A stretch of 64,000 bases of DNA from Clostridia bacterium (lineage in GTDB: Bacteria; Bacillota; Clostridia; Christensenellales; Aristaeellaceae). The position numbers and the translations under genes were made by a program. The notes under the pieces are model-generated. The model made no database searches. It saw nothing but the letters and a program-made list of their open reading frames with translations, and was not told where the DNA came from. Shown piece after piece: positions 62,521-64,000 of this stretch (its first letter is position 1; each line of letters begins with the position of its first letter). The DNA lies in the NCBI GenBank assembly GCA_017481825.1, contig JAFUOR010000020.1, positions 753 through 64,752 on the forward strand, written 5' to 3'.

Positions 62521-64000
62521 TTACTCAGCGATATCCCACTGGTGGACGTTGATGAAGGTGCCGAACACATCCGGCGTAGCGTTCAGCAATCGATTGCTGG
62601 TGGCGCCCAGCGCGCTGAGGATGTAGGCGGAGATCATCGGCACATCCTGCTGCACATGCTGATCGGTCAGCAGGTAGCGGGCGGTGATCTCGGCCTGATC
62701 GGTCAGGGTCTGGCTCTCAGCCAGGGCGGTGGCGACTTCTTCGTTCTGATACTTTGTCCAGCCGTCGACGGAGAGCAGCCATGCCACATCGGTATAGGGA
62801 TCAACCGGCGCGTAGGTGTACTGCACGGACATGACCTCGATCTCGCCGTTGTTGGCCACGGTCATCAGGGTCGCAAGATCCACAGTCTTGATCTCGATAT
62901 CCAGTCCCAGCTCCGCAAACACGGCGGCGATGAAGCTGGCGGCCTGCACGAAAGTGGTATCGCCGCTGTTGACGTGCCAGGTGAGATGGGTGTCCGCGCC
63001 GTCCGCCTTCGCTTCGGCGATCAGCCCAGCCGCCTTTGCAGGATCGAAGGCCGTTACGCCAAGGCTCTCGTCATAGTAGGGGCTGGCGCTGCACAGGAAC
63101 GCGTCGACGATCTCGCCGTTGCCCAGAACAAGCTCGTTCAGAATCGTTTCCCGGTCAATGCCGTAGAGCAGCGCCTGACGGATACGCACATCCGGCACAT
63201 TCTCCACGTTGATGAAGATGGACTGGTTGGTCACCGGTGTGCCGGCGTAGGCGGTCACGTTGCTCAGAGCCCTGACATGTTCATAATCCTCCAGCAGGAT
63301 GCTGCCGGTGGTCTGCTGAATCAGGTCGATCTCGCCGGACTGCAATCCGCTGAGCAGCTGGGAGGAGGTCAGCACATTGATGTTCAGGTACTTGATCTTC
63401 GCCGCACCCTGCCAGTAGTTTTCGTTGGCGGTGTAGTGGACGTAGTGGTTCAGGTCATAATCCGCGATGAAGTACGGGCCGCTGACGACGGTGGGGGCGC
63501 GGAACCAGTCATGGGTGAGCAGCTGATCCTTTGGAATGTCACCCAGAATATGTTCAGGAAGAATCAGCACATAGCGACCATAGTTGTTCTCGAAGGTGTA
63601 CAGCGCCGTTTCCCACTTGGTGGTGATGGTCAGCGTCTTGTCGTCGATGATCTTGATACCGGAGATCTCCGTGGCGCCGGGCTCGGTATAGCCGTCGTCG
63701 CCCACACCCTCGATGGCGTAGACGTTGAGTCCCGTGTTGCCCACCTCAGGGCTGGCCCACAGCAGGAAGGTAAACAGCACATCAGCAGAGGTGACGGGCG
63801 TGCCGTCGGACCAGGCGGCGTTTTCATTCAGCTTGATGGTGAAGGTGCGGTTGTCCTCCGTGGTGATCTCCTCTGCCAGCTGGCCGACAAATTCCAGCTC
63901 GCGGTTCAGCTCCACCAGCGGCAGGAAGGCCAGCGAAGTGGCGTACTTCACCACTTCGGTGTTGTCCATCAGCAGCGGGTGAAGCGTACCAATGGTGTCG
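62521..64000 (-). CDS. ABC transporter substrate-binding protein, family 5 (Opp/Dpp type), 5' end outside the window
   Basis: The reading frame stays open to the window edge. Family-5 SBP-like sequence (AWSDGTPVTSADVLFTF, GPYFIADYD). Confidence 0.85.
   Translation of the reverse strand, partial: DTIGTLHPLLMDNTEVVKYATSLAFLPLVELNRELEFVGQLAEEITTEDNRTFTIKLNENAAWSDGTPVTSADVLFTFLLWASPEVGNTGLNVYAIEGVGDDGYTEPGATEISGIKIIDDKTLTITTKWETALYTFENNYGRYVLILPEHILGDIPKDQLLTHDWFRAPTVVSGPYFIADYDLNHYVHYTANENYWQGAAKIKYLNINVLTSSQLLSGLQSGEIDLIQQTTGSILLEDYEHVRALSNVTAYAGTPVTNQSIFINVENVPDVRIRQALLYGIDRETILNELVLGNGEIVDAFLCSASPYYDESLGVTAFDPAKAAGLIAEAKADGADTHLTWHVNSGDTTFVQAASFIAAVFAELGLDIEIKTVDLATLMTVANNGEIEVMSVQYTYAPVDPYTDVAWLLSVDGWTKYQNEEVATALAESQTLTDQAEITARYLLTDQHVQQDVPMISAYILSALGATSNRLLNATPDVFGTFINVHQWDIAE

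Noticed and set aside
1-64000. Scan for CRISPR arrays, tRNA/rRNA genes, IS elements, integrases, prophage or known defence-system genes.
   Set aside because: I saw no regularly spaced direct repeats, no cloverleaf-like or rRNA-like conserved strings, and no transposase, integrase, nuclease or helicase-type ORFs. The only repeats are the three REP-like elements and the tandem permease paralogues.

Overview
64-kb chromosomal window from a high-GC genome (about 60% in hand-counted lines). It has AGGAGG-type ribosome-binding sites, TTGACA/TATAAT-like promoters and GC3-rich codons. This suggests a Clostridia-type gut anaerobe, possibly Oscillospiraceae/Ruminococcaceae-like, but that is inference only. 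I support about 50 protein-coding genes, in this order. (1) A polysaccharide-synthesis edge: two VanZ-like genes and a CapD-type dehydratase. (2) A translationally coupled AraC - DUF5107/TPR - GH2 operon. (3) purC. (4) A sigma / anti-sigma-like / small secreted protein module. (5) A complete myo-inositol catabolic operon, iolJ-C-A-G-B-D-E, plus one unknown coupled ORF. (6) A glycan-utilisation locus: GH105, GH38, DeoR, a 550-aa lyase-like unknown, a 5-gene Opp/Dpp-type ABC importer and a TIM-barrel isomerase-like gene. (7) A DMT transporter, an ANT-like nucleotidyltransferase, a secreted CotH kinase-family protein and a nitroreductase. (8) MarR plus an ABC exporter. (9) An unusual MacB/FtsX-type ABC operon, with one ATPase, three permease paralogues and one FtsX-less paralogue, lying divergent from a second sigma / anti-sigma-like / secreted-protein module. 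(10) A low-GC patch with degraded ankyrin-like ORFs, a GH26 mannanase and a truncated, frameshifted trpE relic. (11) A second Opp/Dpp-type importer operon ending in a cytoplasmic C39-like cysteine peptidase. Non-coding features are three copies of a GC-rich REP-like dispersed repeat, several consensus-like promoters, a twin-palindrome MarR operator and rho-independent terminators. I saw no rRNA, tRNA, CRISPR array, transposase, integrase or phage gene. The many long ORFs antisense to real genes are GC-driven artefacts. The best candidate for an undescribed system is the multi-paralogue type VII ABC operon with its sigma/anti-sigma neighbour (44.9-53.4 kb). The lyase-like / Opp-type glycan locus and the DUF5107 operon come next.
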